The notes under the pieces were generated by a model. It ran no database searches. It saw only the letters and a list, made by a program, of their open reading frames with translations, and was not told the DNA's origin. The translations under genes and the position numbers were made by a program. Positions 24,483 through 38,380 of a stretch of 64,000 bases of DNA are shown here, one piece after another. This stretch comes from Carcharhinus longimanus (Eukaryota): contig JASCQW010000001.1 of the NCBI GenBank assembly GCA_030264375.1, positions 99,368,260-99,432,259 of the forward strand. The letters run 5' to 3'. Position 1 is the stretch's first letter. Every line of letters begins with the position of its first letter.

Positions 24483-24629
24483 CTGCAAAATTGTAGTGAA
24501 GTGGTTACCTTTTATAAAGATGATTTGACAGTGACAAAACTACAATTACGTATGTTTATTAGAGTAGTATCATGATAGTTCACAAGATAATCTTATAATA
24601 ATTCAGGAGGAAACAGATCTTCATGCTAG

Positions 24630-24761
24630 AGGTCGTGATGACACAGTGGTTAGCATCACTGCCTCTCAGAGCCAGGGACCCGGGTTCAATTCGCGGCTTG
24701 GGTCACTGTCTGTGCAGAGTCTGCACGTTCTCCCTGTGTCCTGAAACCTGAGTGGGTTTCC
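24630..24761 (+). mobile_element. HE1-like SINE 5' half, cut by gap
   Basis: cacagtggttagc..cagggacccgggttcaattc..gggtcactgtctgtg. Confidence 0.85.
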
Positions 24762-24861
24762 NNNNNNNNNNNNNNNNNNNNNNNNNNNNNNNNNNNNNNN
24801 NNNNNNNNNNNNNNNNNNNNNNNNNNNNNNNNNNNNNNNNNNNNNNNNNNNNNNNNNNNNN

Positions 24862-25624
24862 AATCTGGTGAACTGGTACGGCAACAATAATCTCTCCCTC
24901 AATGTCAACAAAACAAAGGAAATTGTTGTCGACTTCAGAAAGCATAGTGGAGGACACGCCCCTGTCCAGATCAATGCAGTCAAAGTATAGATGGTCGAGA
25001 GCTCAAGTTATTAGGTCACCAGCAACCTGTCCTGGCCCCTCCATGCCGCGCTATAGTTAAGAAAGACCACCAACGCCTCTACTATCTCAGAAGACAAAGG
25101 AAATTTGGTATGTCTGCTACAATTTTTACAGATACACGAGAGAAAGCATTCTATCAAATTGTATCACAGCTTGGTATGGCTCCTGGTCTGCCCAAGACTG
25201 CAAGAAACTGCAAAGGGTCATGAACAAAACACAGCCCATCTCAAACAAACCAGCCTCCCATCCAATCTGAATTGTCTACAGTTCCCGCTGCCTTGGAAAA
25301 GCAGTCAACATAACCAAGGACGCCGTGTACCCCGGACATACTCTTATCCACCTTCTTCCATCAGGAAAAAGTTACAAAAGTCTGAGGACATGTACCAACT
25401 GATTCAAGAAAAGCTTCTTCCCTGCTGCCATCAAACTTTTGAATGGACCTAACTTACATTAAGTTGATCTTTCTCTAAACCCCAGCTATGACTGTAACAC
25501 TACATTCTTCACTCTCTCCTTTCCTTCTCTATGTACGGTCTGCTTTTCTGTATAACATGCAAAAAGCAATGCTTTTCACAGTGTACCAATACATGTGTCA
25601 ATAATAAATCAAATCAAATCAAAA
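24862..25624 (+). mobile_element. Rex1/Babar LINE 3' portion
   Basis: Collinear with 21285-22018; tail catgtgtcaataataaatcaaatcaaatc. Confidence 0.85.
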
Positions 25625-26519
25625 AGAGGAAAGGCTGGGCCCTAATAAATTGCTCAAGGTGTTAAGTCTTCTCCAGTACCACACCCAACTGACCATTATT
25701 CACGTATCAACATTAACAATAAATTCTGGCAGGACTTTGGCCATAAGAGATACCACAGTGAATGAGTGGATTTGAATGGTTGACAATCACTCAGATAGAG
25801 ATGGCTGCCTTAGGAGTGCTGAGATCAATTGTAGTGCCCCTATTCCTGTTTAAGCTAAGATCATTTACAGACACAAGATGCTGTGGGAAAACAGAGAATT
25901 GGGGGGCTTATCAGATAAAACGTGAAAATCAGTAAGGAGATGACAACAAGCATCTAACCTGCACTCATTCATTGAGATGCCGACAGCACACAAATCTTAT
26001 GCTGCCAATTGATTTCAGTAAAAGTCACGTGCAACCTAGAACTAAAAAACCAGCTGAAAGGCTGCAAGGCTCAGCAGGGTCCCAGATTCGAGTGGAGTAA
26101 GCACAGATAAAACGAGCTTGCATTACTTAATGCTTGCCCACATTTCTTAAAGTAGAGGTACACACCAGTTGGAGCAGGTGCTGGAAATGACTGGGAAAGA
26201 GATTCCGAGCAGGAAAGGGAGTGAAAATGTCACAACAGGTCAGAGAGCATGTCTCACAGTTCCCCGACACATGACGGGGAGCCTTGCTGCAAGTGATGGA
26301 CAGCATATGGGACCAGGAGACTAGATAGTGAGAGAAAGAATGGGTGCAGCCATTGCTGCCAATGTAAGCAGTCTCATTCTGAGGACCTGGATGCAACACA
26401 TAAAAGTTTAATGATCTCATGTGAGTAGTCAAGGTCAATGAACACATCTGAAAATGTCATCACTTTACAACTGAACCATTAGCCACTACACTAACCATCC
26501 ACCCCCAACCCCGTTTCGC

Positions 26520-26843
26520 TCACCTACAAACAGGAGAGACTAGAATCCAAGGGCACAGTCTCAAAGTAAAGGGACAACTCTTTAAAATCAGGATGAGGAG
26601 GAATTTCTTCAGCTGGAGGGTGATGAATTTATGGAGTACATTGCCACAGAAGGCTCTGGAGACCAAGTCACTGAGTGTAACTAAAACCAAGATAGGTAGG
26701 TTCTTGACTGGTAGAGGAAACAAAGGTTATGGGGAAAAGGCAAGAGAATGGAGTTGAGAAATGTATCAGCCATGATTAAATGGCAGAGCAGCCTCAAGGG
26801 GCCAAATGGCCTAATTCTGCTCCTATATCTATGGTCTTATGGT
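26520..26843 (+). mobile_element. CR1 3' fragment
   Basis: RRNFF..RVMNLW..LPQKA C-terminus and CR1 tail. Confidence 0.85.
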
Positions 26844-27601
26844 AAACATCTCTATCAAACATGACTCACGCCCAGCATCAAGTATTGCACCTCACTCTTA
26901 CACACCTTGCACTGCTCCAAGCCTGATATCCACCTCTTGAACTTGCACAAATCACCATACATCCAATTATGAAAAGCACACCATCCACTATATTGCATCA
27001 GATATACAGTCACAATTTTCTCTCTTCCCTGTGGGAGAATGTGACACACAGCCTCGAGCAGCAACACTGGAGATGGACAGGCACTGCTGCATGTCCTTAC
27101 TATAATGGAGGAGATAATAAAGTTCATCATGGGAGGAGTCAGGTATCCAGTGCAGACAGATGTTCCTACCTAATCCTATGCCCTCCTATCCCACCTCCCT
27201 CCCATTCTCCTAATGGCTCTGATATACAAGCTAGTGATGGTGCAAGCATACACCCCTTGCTTTGCCCCATTTCCCCTCACCACAACACCACTCTTCCGCC
27301 TTTCTACTCTTGGATACCCAAGAATTGCCACCTAGTCAAGCTTTGATGTGAGAAGGTGAAGTGCAGGAGAAGGAAACACAAATGATAAAGAAACACTGAC
27401 ATTCAGAAGCATGAGCTTGTATTTGGTATTGTGTGTACTTTAGAGGAGAGAATCGAGGTGGGATTCAGATATGATGAGCTATTGGGGTATGAGAAGCCTG
27501 TAGCCACGGAATGGGGATGGTACAGAGTAGGAGCCAGTTTCCTTGAGGGAAAGGTGACTCACAAGTTCTGCTGCAAAGAAGTCAGATTAGGACTTTATTG
27601 G

Positions 27602-27852
27602 GACAGCACTGCTTCACAGTGCCAGGAACTGGGGTTCAATACTCAGTTTGGGTCACTGTCTGTGTGGAGTTTGCATGTTCTCTCTGCATCTGTGTGGGTT
27701 TCCTCTGGGTGCTCTGGTTTCCTCCCACATTCTGAAAGGTGTACTGGTTAGGTGCATTGACCCAAATAGACGCCAGACTGTGGCGACTAGGGGATTTTCA
27801 CAGTAACTTTATTGCAGCATTAATGTAAACCTTACTTGTGACTAATAAGCTT
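27602..27852 (+). mobile_element. HE1-like SINE, tail type A
   Basis: V-SINE core and ggggattttcacagtaac..cttacttgtgactaataa. Confidence 0.85.
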
Positions 27853-28144
27853 TAAAAAGTTTTTGGTATACAGAAAGAGGCTATCAGATTTACATAATGT
27901 AATACTTGGAAATCTACCAGAAAATCTACTGTCATTGTTGAGGAACATGGAGATGTCTGACACTAATTTGTTACAGGACTTTGTGCAGGGCTTAGGAATG
28001 ATTCTTTCCAGCATGAAAGTGGTGGCCCACTTGCAGACCTTGGAAATTTAGCCAAACCATGGCCTACAAAGGAAATTACAGATAGGCATACAAATTGGCC
28101 AAGGAAAACAACAGATCTGAGGATTAGGAGCTGTTTAGAATTCA

Positions 28145-30860
28145 GCAAATGAGGGCCAATGGACTGATTAAGAAGGGGGAAATAGAAAATGAGAGAGCTT
28201 GTGGAGAACATAAAAACTAACTGTAAAAGTTTCTATAGGTATGTGAGGAGAAAAGAATTAGTGAAGACAAATGTAGTTCCTTTACAGTCAGAAACAGGGG
28301 AATTTATAATGGGGAACAAAGAAATGGCTGACCCAACTGATTACATACTTTGGTTCTGTCTTCACACAGAAGAACACAGATAAGTTACCAGAAATGTTGG
28401 GGAAGAAAGGGTTTAGTGAGAGGGAGGGACTAAAGGCGATCAGTATTAGTAGAAAACAGATGGGATTGAAGGCTGATAAATCCCCAGGGCCTGATAATCT
28501 ATACTCTAGAGTACTTAAGGAAATGGCCTGAGAAATAATGGACGCGTTGGTGGTCATCTTCCAAGATTCTGTAGATTCTGGAACAGTTCCTACAAACTGG
28601 AGGGCAGCTAATGTAACCCCACTATTTAAAAAGGGAGGTAGAGAGAAAACAAGGAATTATAGACCAGTAAACCTAACGTCGATAGTGGGAAAATTCTAGA
28701 ATCCATTATCAAAGATTTTATAGAAAAAAAAGAAAACTGGCAGGATTGGAGAGGGTCAGCATGGATTTATGAAAGGGAAATCATTTTTGACAAATCTACT
28801 GGAATTCTTTGAGGATGTAACCAGTGGAGTTGATGAGGGGGAGCCTGTGAATGTAGTTTATTTGAACTTTCAGAAGACTTTCGACAAAGTTCCGCGTAAG
28901 AGATTGGCATGTAAAATTAAAGTACATGGGATTGGGGTAGTTTACTGAGATGGATAGAAAACTGGTTGACAGGCAGGAAACAAAGGGTTGGAGTGAACTG
29001 GCCTTTTCCCAAATGGCAGGCAAAGATGATTGGGATACGAAGGGATCAGTGCTGTGAACCCAGTTATTTACTACGTATATTAATGATTTTGATGAGGAAA
29101 CTAAAGATAATATCTCCAAATTTGCAAATAACATAAAACTGGGTGGGAGAATGAGCTGTGAGGGGGATATACATGTGAAGTTACATAGAATTTGCAATGA
29201 GCTGGTAAGGTGGGTACAACAGAGCACAATGGAAGGATGTTTTCCTGACTGGAGATCTTTGACCAGTGGTATTCCACAGGGATCAATGCTGAGACCCCTG
29301 TCATTTGTAATGTATATGCATGATATGAAGAACAAAGTAGGTGGTCTGATGAGTAAGTCTGTGGATGACACAAAGATTGGGGAGCTGCAGATATTGATTG
29401 CCAGGGAATACAGTAGGATATAGATAGGCTGGAGGCTTGAGTGGAGAAATGGCAGGTGGAATTTAATCCAGATAAGTAGGAGATGATGCATTTTGGAAGG
29501 TCTAATTCAGATGAGAAGTATACAGTAAATGGCAGAACCCTTAGAAGCATTAAAATACAAAAAAATCTTGGGGGGAAAAGGTCCACAGTTCCCTGAAAGT
29601 GGCAACGCAAGTGAATAAGGAAGTCAAGAAGGTGTATGGCTAGTCATTTCACAGCTGCATAGAACTTCAGTTAGGCACATTTGGAATATTGCGTACAAAT
29701 CTGTTTGCCACACTAACAGAAGGATGTGGAGGCTTTGGAGAGGATACAGAAAATGGTTAACAGGATATTGCCTGGTTTGGGGGTTATCGTAACTTGGATT
29801 GTTTGGTTTCACTTGAACATCAGAGACTGAAGGACAACTTGATAGAAGTTTACAAAATTATGAGAGGCATGGATAGTCAGAGACGTTTTCCCCAGGGTAG
29901 AAATGTCAGTTACTAGAGGACATAGGTTTAATGTAAAAGGGGGAACATTTAAAGGAGATGTGAGAGGCAAGTTTTTTTACACNNNNNNNNNNNNNNNNNN
30001 NNNNNNNNNNNNNNNNNNNNNNNNNNNNNNNNNNNNNNNNNNNNNNNNNNNNNNNNNNNNNNNNNNNNNNNNNNNNNNNNNNTTTACACACAGGTGGTAA
30101 ATGCCTCGAATGCACTGCCAAAGGAGATAGTAGAAGCAGATGCAAAGCAATATTTAAGAGGCATCTTGACAGCTACGTGAATAGGCAGGGAATAGAAGGT
30201 AATGAACTGCATAGAGGCAAAAGGTCTTTAGTTTAGAAAGGTGCTGATGCAGAGTGGGCCGGAGGGCCTGTTTCTGGGCACTACTGTTCTTTGTTTCTTT
30301 GAGACCAAAATGTTAGGTGATTACAAGAAGAAATTAGATATAGTTCTTGGGGCTAAAGGGATCAAGCGATGGGGAGAAAGGTGGGGTCAGGGTATTGAAT
30401 TTGATGATCAGCCATAAACAAAATGAATAGTGGAGCAGACCTTTAGGGCTGAATGGCCTAGTCCTGATCTTAGTTTCTATGTTTCTCTATTCTATCCACT
30501 GGAGTTTAGAAGAACAAGATGTGACTTGATTGAGCAATATAAGATCTTGGCAGGGCAGATGTGGATGAATCCAAAATTAGGAGTCGGTGTTTATAAATAA
30601 AAGTTGTCCATTTGAAGTGAAGATGAGGAGAAATCTTTTCTCAGAGGATTGAGAGTCTTTGGAACTCTCTTCCTGAAAATGTTGTGGAAGCAGAGTTTTT
30701 GAATATTTTAAAGTCAAGGTAGACAGTTTCTTAGTAAACAAGAGGGTGATGAGTTATCAGGGGTCAGTGGGATGCAGTTTTGAGGTTACCATCAGATAAG
30801 CCATAGTCTTATTAAATTGCAGGGCAGGCTTGAGGGGCCGAATGGCCTACTCCCCTGCTG
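28145..30860 (+). mobile_element. Stack of CR1 LINE fragments (28145-29218 and 30301-30495, nested CR1 ~29220-30300, further 3' fragment to 30860)
   Basis: ENIKTNCKSFYRYV; DKSPGPD; ANVTPLFKKG..NYRPV; SGIPQGS; RGKFF; three CR1 3' tails. Confidence 0.9.
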
Positions 30861-31179
30861 CACAGTCACTATTTGAATCTAGTCCTTCTTGGTTGTTGTA
30901 AGGGCATAAGTTGCCAGCAGTCTAGAGGAAAGGGCTCCTCTCCTAAACCAAAACTTGAAGGTCATGGTACTAATAATGTTGGACAGCTGGACACGTCCCT
31001 TTCCTCATGTCTCCTCTGTGTGATATTCTATGAATAAAAATGTACGTTAAAAAGGGTAATGAACCATTCAGATTACAGTCCTCTCAATCACTTTTGAGTG
31101 GTTATGTGCAATAACCATTTTCATCATATAAATTATCACTGGCAATGTTTGTTGGAGAAAATGTGAACTGCTTATAATT

Positions 31180-31612
31180 TTTTTATTCATTCATGAGACA
31201 GGGGCATCGCTGGCTGGCCAGCATTTATTGCCCATCACTAATTGCCCTTGAGAAGGTTGTGGTAACCTGCCTTCTTGAAATGCTGTAGTCCATGTTCTGT
31301 GAGTTGACCCACACTGCCGTTAGGGAGGGAATTTCAGGATTTTGATCTAGCAGCTACGAAGAAACGCGATATATTTACAAGACAGGACGATGAATGGCTT
31401 GGAGGGGAACTTGTAAGTGGTGGTGTTCCCATGTATCTGCCGCCCTTGTCCTTCTAGATGGAAACGATTGTGGGTTCAGAAAGGGCTGCCAAAGGATCTT
31501 TGATGAATTGCTGCAATGCATCTTGCAGACAGTACACACACTGCTGCTACTGAGCGTTGATGGTGGAGGGAGTGGATGTTTGTGGATGTTGTGATGCCAA
31601 TCAAGTGATGTC
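31180..31612 (-). mobile_element. 3' end of the same LINE family as 6040-11680
   Basis: ctggccagcatttattgcccatc..gcccttgagaagg; similar to 6040-6344 and 7579-7693. Confidence 0.85.
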
Positions 31613-32885
31613 ATGTATGTTGCAATTGTGACTCCAGGGCAGCATGCCTTGCTCCGCAATCACTGACAGCCTCATTGGTTTCCTCTCTCTGAGACACAGT
31701 GTTATGCTGTGACAGTTTTCAGATGTAAAAGACCTGGCCAAAGGGTCCAAAATGTGAGCACATGCTGATAGATGGCTGGCCAGAGGGCAAGTGGATGGAT
31801 GTGAGTATAGCATTGTTCATTATTTACTGATCCACAGTCTTGGCAGCTAACTAAGAGACTGCATAATACCTGTACCAGATAGTGGGGCAAGACAACTTTT
31901 TCTTCATGGTCACATCCTGAGAGTCCACTCCATGCTTTCAGTGATTCAGTCAAGGACATTTTAAATAGGCAGCAACAAAGACAATGTCCCATCGGGAAAG
32001 CCTGTGATAGGCCGTCCATTCTAGGATTATCTAGGATAATTGGGCAACATTCAAAGCTTGGATACTCATCTCACTGGGCAAAATGTTTCCTTCAAGGGAC
32101 AGGGTCTACACCATTGACGAACCATCTCCCAAATAGGCCTTTTAGGAGACCTACTTTTTATTTGTGCCTGACTCGCCTGACCTGCACTAGACCTGCCTCC
32201 AACCACCTGCTACCTCCGGAGTCCACCCCCAGACAGAAAATCAGATCTTCGGACAGACATTTTTAGAAGTCAGGCTCACAGAGCCAGGAATTCTCCCACC
32301 TCCGCCCACCTGATCTGGGAACAACAAACTGAACCTTGTTTACCACCACCCACCCAAAGTAAATTTCCAGTTCCATATCAAGGAAGTCATGCTAATTAAC
32401 CGCTTCTCCTTTTATGACCCCACCCTAACACCCTATCAAGAAACACATCTTGTTATTTCAGGTTAAGAAAGATTTTGACTGTTGAAAATATTCTCCAAAA
32501 AATAGTGACATGAGGCTAAAGTTTGGGCCAAATTAAACTGTTAAATTGCATTTGCAGTGCAGAGGAAAAGTAACACAACTATTCAGTCCAACTAAGTTTG
32601 TATTTTTTGGGTTTTAACTGATATCGAATCTAACCAAACAGTTCAGTTAGACTATATAACAACATAAGCTTTGAATAAAACAAACCTTCAAGCTAGTTGC
32701 AAAATTAACTTAGTAAAATTACAAAAGGAACAGTAACAGTAGCTGATATGTCCCAACATTTTGCATGAGTTCATTTTATTAAGACAGCCTTTGAAGGATT
32801 TGTGTTGCTCTGTTCAAAGTCACTTGCAATTTTGACTTGCAAGCCTATGTATCATGCAACTCAATAAGGTTTGGTAGAAAACTGA

Positions 32886-33059
32886 CCAATAGTATAGGCC
32901 AGCTCTCCTCCCCCACCCCAATCACAGAGCAAATAGCGTCTCAGTCACAGGAAACAGCATGCGAGTGGTCAGTGGCTGACGACCACACATTTCTGTATAA
33001 AACAGAACCATTGCCATGATAAGATCATGCTATTAAAAGTATAACTGCAACAGGTATGT
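32886..33059 (+). promoter_or_regulatory. Candidate Pol II promoter and short first exon
   Basis: CCAAT at 32886 and 32918 (32 bp apart), AGCAAATA, TGACG, TATAAAA 32996-33002, X-box-like ATTGCCATGATAAG 33010-33023, donor CAG|GTATGT at 33053/33054. Confidence 0.45.
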
Positions 33060-34635
33060 GAAAAATCTCTGGCTTAATTAGACTTTAGAAAATTATTAAT
33101 AATTATTACTTGAGCAAAACAAATAGCAAAATATTTCTGAAACAATTCAGAAATGGTATTTCCCTAATACATTCGGGAAGTATGTAAGAAAAACAATATT
33201 TTTTAATAATTTGATGTTCTGTCAGCACTGTTTCATTTCACTAAAATTTAAAAGTTGGTTCAATCATACGGGAAATGCTTCTGAACTATGTCATATCTTA
33301 TGAGATTTATCAGTATTGTTGTATCTATGTTACCTATGGACAATTCATTTAGTCTTATCATGTCACAGCTTATGTGTCTGTGATGATAGAAATATATATA
33401 TATATTCATTCTATGTTGGTCAATTCAAAAAGGGCATTCTTCGCAAAGTAAGGTACAAAATCATGAACCACTTATCGAATGTTCTCAATTCACTTTGTTG
33501 GCATGATTGAAGCTCCAGAGAACAATATTGCTTTTGTTCTGAGATGAAGTAGTTCAATGTCAAATTGCTAATTCATGAAGATGAAATTGTAATTCTAAAA
33601 CAATCAACTCTGTTATTCCTCAGTTTGTTTTTATTGCATTTTCTTTATAATGGAACATACAATTCTAATAAAAAGTAAGTAAAGAGTTATTACAAAACTA
33701 GCTTGCCACTGTTGGTCATTGTTGAAGGGAAATATTAAAGCAAGTTATAATGGTGTGTAATCTGCTTCTATTGCAAAATCATTTTGACTGAAAAAGTCTT
33801 GAAGAGATTAATTAATAATCAGATCAGAAATATATGCTATAGATTATTGTTGAACAATGAATGATAAGGCCATTCTAATCTTAACCTTCAGGATAGCTGA
33901 CATCGGCCTAATGAAATACAATAGCAGCATATTTGCCTCTGCCTTAAATGTCTACTTTTGCAATTCCTTTTATATCAATAGCTTACTCCAAAAAAATTAT
34001 TAACTCAAACATATTTGCTGTAGGCTTTTCAAGCAATTGTCATTGTCATTATGCTCTCTTCATTTACAGTTCTAGGATGACCAGCAATCATTTCAGAAGC
34101 ACGCAACACATCACTTTACATTAAAATAACATTGAACCAACTGCTTTAATTATATTTCTATTTCTGAAATAAAATTTTGGCTGTCTTTATACATCAATAA
34201 GGTAGTGTTTGGCTCACTTTGATATTGAAGATTATTTTGGTCGAACAGTAAATTCTGCTGCAAAAATAAAACCTGGCAAATATCTATGTAGTAATGACTG
34301 GATTAATCCAGTTTGCAGTTAAAACAATTCCCAGTCCGAAAGGTATCTTGGGTCTGTTAATGATTCAGTAATAACTATGTGCTTCAAGTTTGTAATAAAT
34401 CTATTCAAAACTTCTAGGCTTTATAGACGCACTCAGTTTTGCTTTGCGAGCTGTCAGAATTAAATGTAAAAGTCAAGAGGATCCCTGAATGTTTGATGCA
34501 ATTAATATTGAGCTTCTTTTGGATTCTAAATTGCACACCAATTTCAATTCTATCCAGCACTTGGAACAAAAGAAATGTGTTGATAATGCACACTGCAGTG
34601 CTTTCTGTTCTGATCATTTGGCTGCAATATATATT

Positions 34636-34948
34636 TCATAGAATCCCTACAGTGTAGAAGGAGGCTATTCAGCTCATCAAGCCTGCACCAACAACAATCC
34701 AACCGAGGTCCTATCCCTGTAACCCCATATATTTACCCTGCTAATCCCCATGACACTAATGGACAATTTAGCACAGCCAATCCACCTAACTCGCACATCT
34801 TTGGACTGTGGGAGAACTGGAGCCCCTGGAGGAAACCCACAGGGAGAATGTGCAAACTCCACACAGACAGTGACCCAAGCTGGGAATTGAACCCGGGGCC
34901 CTGACGCTGTGAGGCAGCGGTGCTAAACATTGCGCCACCATGTTGCCC
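34636..34948 (-). mobile_element. HE1-like SINE, CR1-type tail
   Basis: Full head, core and tail on the minus strand. Confidence 0.9.
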
Positions 34949-36814
34949 TATTTTATATTTTATATATAGGTATATATAAAATGTTTCAACTTAATTGTTA
35001 AATGAGCAGAATCCAAAGCAGTTTGCTGAGGCTATGTCAGAGAAGTTTGATTAAGTCCATAAAATATCAGAGTTCTTGATGGTGTTTGGAACTTCATTGA
35101 ATTTTATTGAAATTATTATCAAGACAAGTGTCTAAGCATAAACCGACAGCCAGTCTAATTTATAAAGACTGGAACATAAGTATTTTTGCTTGCAGCTTTA
35201 CTCATTCTAAGCAGTAATGATCATTCATAAATGTCAACATCTTCAGCCTACTCACTCCATACTCACTAAATACCATTACTGCCTAATGTTTGCACTCAAC
35301 TAGATAAACGCGCTATTGAAATTGTCATCCTAGGATGAATAAGCAGAGATTAATTTAGGCTAGTAACTGGGACTGAAGTTTGTTCTTTACTGTAAAATAT
35401 AGAAAGTTAAAATGTATTGGACCATATTAATCATTCTATTAAAATAGAAAAGTATTAAGCACGTTAAGGTTTTCCTTGTGTTATGTATTCATTTTTTTTA
35501 ATGAATGATTTCCTTTTACTACACAATGTTAGTCTGGTTTCAGTGAATGAAAAATCAGAAGCAGTCCACCCAAAAATTCTTCTAATTGTTGGGCGTGCAA
35601 ACACAAATTACACTGAGTAAATGACACCCGTGGTTCTAAAACACACACACGTTTTAACAACTAGATCATTTCACAGTTCATTTGGGAAATTGAGATCTCT
35701 GAAGAGATTAAAAGAAAGTGTTCTTTTTTGAAAACGTTATCTCTTATTTATCTTTTCAGATGCCAGTAAAACTGAAAACTATTTTGCAGTTTTGTATTAG
35801 ATAAGAAGGTTGCAATAGCTAATGAATTTAATGAGGCATAACAAATGGGGTTTTAGTTATACTGAACTACTGGTTTGAAACTGATAGTTAAAAAGCACAG
35901 CAGTTGGCAAGACCAGAGATATATTGCATCATCAAACTTTTAATCTACCCACCATGGAGAGCTAAGCATGTCTGCATGCCCATGTGCAGAGTATTCCACT
36001 TAATGGCGTCATTTGATGAATGATGTGCCCAGAAAACCCTACGGGACACACAAGCATATTTAAAGTCTAGCTTTACACAGGATTGTAGCTTGCCCTGTGC
36101 CAAGTCTGAGTGTTGTGATGTGGTTTCTCTTGGGTTGAAGTGGGAAAGGTCTCTAATGGCTTTAATGGATTCAGATGACAAATAGGGACATTCCACTTTG
36201 ACTTTTGTATCAATATGACCTGATTTTATACCAACACAAAATGACGACGAGATTTATGTTACTGAGGAAGAAGTAATGAATTCAAATAAAACCTTTGATC
36301 TGGAGATTTGTTGCTGCTCAGGACATTTTACAGGTGGAAAAACAGAACCTAAGTGTCATACATGGTGGACACCGTACATTCACACATTTCGTACTGGACA
36401 TGCCACCTGCCTTATTAATTAGGCTCTAATAGGAGTCAAAAGTCCATGCTTGAAACAGATAATAGTCCTGTTTTATATGGAAATAGGAGAAACCACTGTC
36501 TCAAGTTCTCTTTCCAAAATTAAGCTGCTAAGAACGTAAACAGTGTAAAGCCATTGCATTCAGAATAACCATGTCCACATCAGCCGAATCAGTTGTCTTA
36601 TAGGGACCAGTGGAGGTTGCCGCCACATACTAGCCCCCAGTCAGCTCCTTCTTGATCATGTGCCATGCTTCTTGATCTATCCCCTTCGTCTCAATTGCCC
36701 CCTTCTTGATTGCCCCCATCGTGCACCCACCACTCCCGATTATGATTTCCATCCCTACCTCCCAGGACTTGTTGGCAAGGAGTCTGCCAACGCAACTTCA
36801 TCCTCATGAATATC

Positions 36815-37367
36815 CTCAAACCAGCACAAGGCTCTGACCAGACGCCATTTGGAGTATTGTGAGCAGTTTTGGGCCCCATATCTAAGGAAGGATGTATGGC
36901 CTTGGAAAGGGTCCAGAGGAGGTTTAAAGAATGATCCCTGGAATGAAGAGATTGTCATCTGAGGATCGGTTGAGGACTCTGGGTCTGTACTTGCTGGAGA
37001 TTAGAAAGATAAGGGGCAAGGCCTGGATAGAGTGGACGTGAAGAGGGTGTTCCCACTAGTAGGAAAAACTAGAACCAGAGGACACAACCACAGGCTAAAG
37101 AAACAATCCTTTAAAACAGAGATGAGGAGAAATTTCTTCAGCCAAAGAGTGGTGAATTTGTGGAATTCTTTGCCACAGAAGGCTGTGGAGGCCAGGTCAT
37201 TGAATGTCTTTAAGACAGAGATGATAGGTTCTTGATTAATAAGGGCATCAGGGATTATGTGGAAAAGACAGGAAAATGGGGATGAGAAAAATATCAGCCA
37301 TGATTGAATAACAGAGCAGGCTCGATGGGCCAAGTGGCCTAATTCTGCTCCTATGTCTTATGGTCTA
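36815..37367 (+). mobile_element. CR1 3' fragment
   Basis: RPHLEYC-like remnant; TRGHNHRL..EMRRNFFSQRVVNLWNSLPQKAVEA; CR1 tail. Confidence 0.9.
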
Positions 37368-37683
37368 ATGAAAATGACAAGCTATCTCTGAATGCTAATA
37401 GGGCTCAGAGCTCAAGAGCATCGTGTCTCTAACTTCTGGCATGCACTGCCAGCTTGCCAGCTATATCAAGGCCAAAATCAAAGCAAAATGAACTTCCACT
37501 CCATTGCCATTACATGGAAGCCTGGGCTAAATGCAGGCCCAAACAGAAATGTTCATTGCATTAGATTGTGGCCAAGTTCACGAACAATGCAAAATATGTT
37601 AAAACTATTAAAGTATCACACGTATAAATTATCTAAATTTTTTTTATGAACTAGAAATTTAAATAAAATTTTGTTCTTTTCAG

Positions 37684-37746
37684 ACCAGTCCAGAAATTGT
37701 CTTTTGAAAAGTGCATGGAATTTCCAAGAATGCGCAGACATGAGCA
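37684..37746 (+). other. Candidate 63-nt exon
   Basis: ttttgttcttttcag| acceptor and GCA|GTAAGT donor; two of three frames open; contains three ATGs. Confidence 0.4.
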
Positions 37747-37980
37747 GTAAGTAACATTTGCAATATTTTCCTTATACTTTGAAGTTGATTCCTTATCACG
37801 GCACTGATTCTGATTATATCAGTATTCTTGAAACTGTGTTTTAATATTGCAAGAGACTTGTTGACCTCTTTAATGAAAAGCTGGCAGTCGCCTCAACAAT
37901 ATACAAATAAAAAATTAACAAGTTAAATTGAATAAACTTAAAATCACACAAATTTCTTATAAAGTGATGTNNNNNNNNNN

Positions 37981-38380
37981 ATCTGAGTCAGAATGTCTTA
38001 GTTCAAAACTCGCTTCAGGCTTTGAGTACACAGCCTGATCTAACAATTTATTGTAGGATAGGGAGAAAGTTGTGTTGGAGACACAAGTTTTTGCCTGAGC
38101 CATTATATTCACCTCTCAGGTAAATATAAAAGACTCCATAGCACTTTTTGAGAAAGACCAGAGAGTTCATTTATTCTGGCCAATATTTATCTGTCAACCA
38201 CTATCATTGAAACAGATTTTCTGGTCTTTTATCTCCTTGTTTGCAAGTCCTTACTGTGAAAAACTGGTCACCACATTTCCTTATGTTACAATAGTGACTG
38301 CAATTCAAAAGTAATTCAATGATTGTGCAAAGACTTTGAGTACCACATGAGGTCATGAAAGATGCCAGCATTTCATTCTT
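37981..38380 (+). mobile_element. SacSINE1/Deu-SINE-like ancient SINE
   Basis: ctctcaggtaaatataaaagactccatagcact..ctggccaatatttat..tcaacca..acaatagtgactgcaattcaaaagta..gaggtcatgaaag, resembling the Deu-domain consensus as I recall it. Confidence 0.65.

Larger units (their letters stand above)
26227..28050 (+). mobile_element. Second Harbinger-type Myb/SANT gene remnant, interrupted by CR1 and SINE
   Basis: MSQQVREHVSQFPDT*RGALLQV..RTWMQ..KFNDL at 26227-26440; LHVLTIMEE at ~27090; coiled-coil-like YRKRLSDLHN..LLSLLRNME at 27863-28051. Confidence 0.5.

Noticed and set aside
29974-30092. tttacac repeated either side of a 100-N gap
   Set aside because: Contig overlap artefact within a CR1
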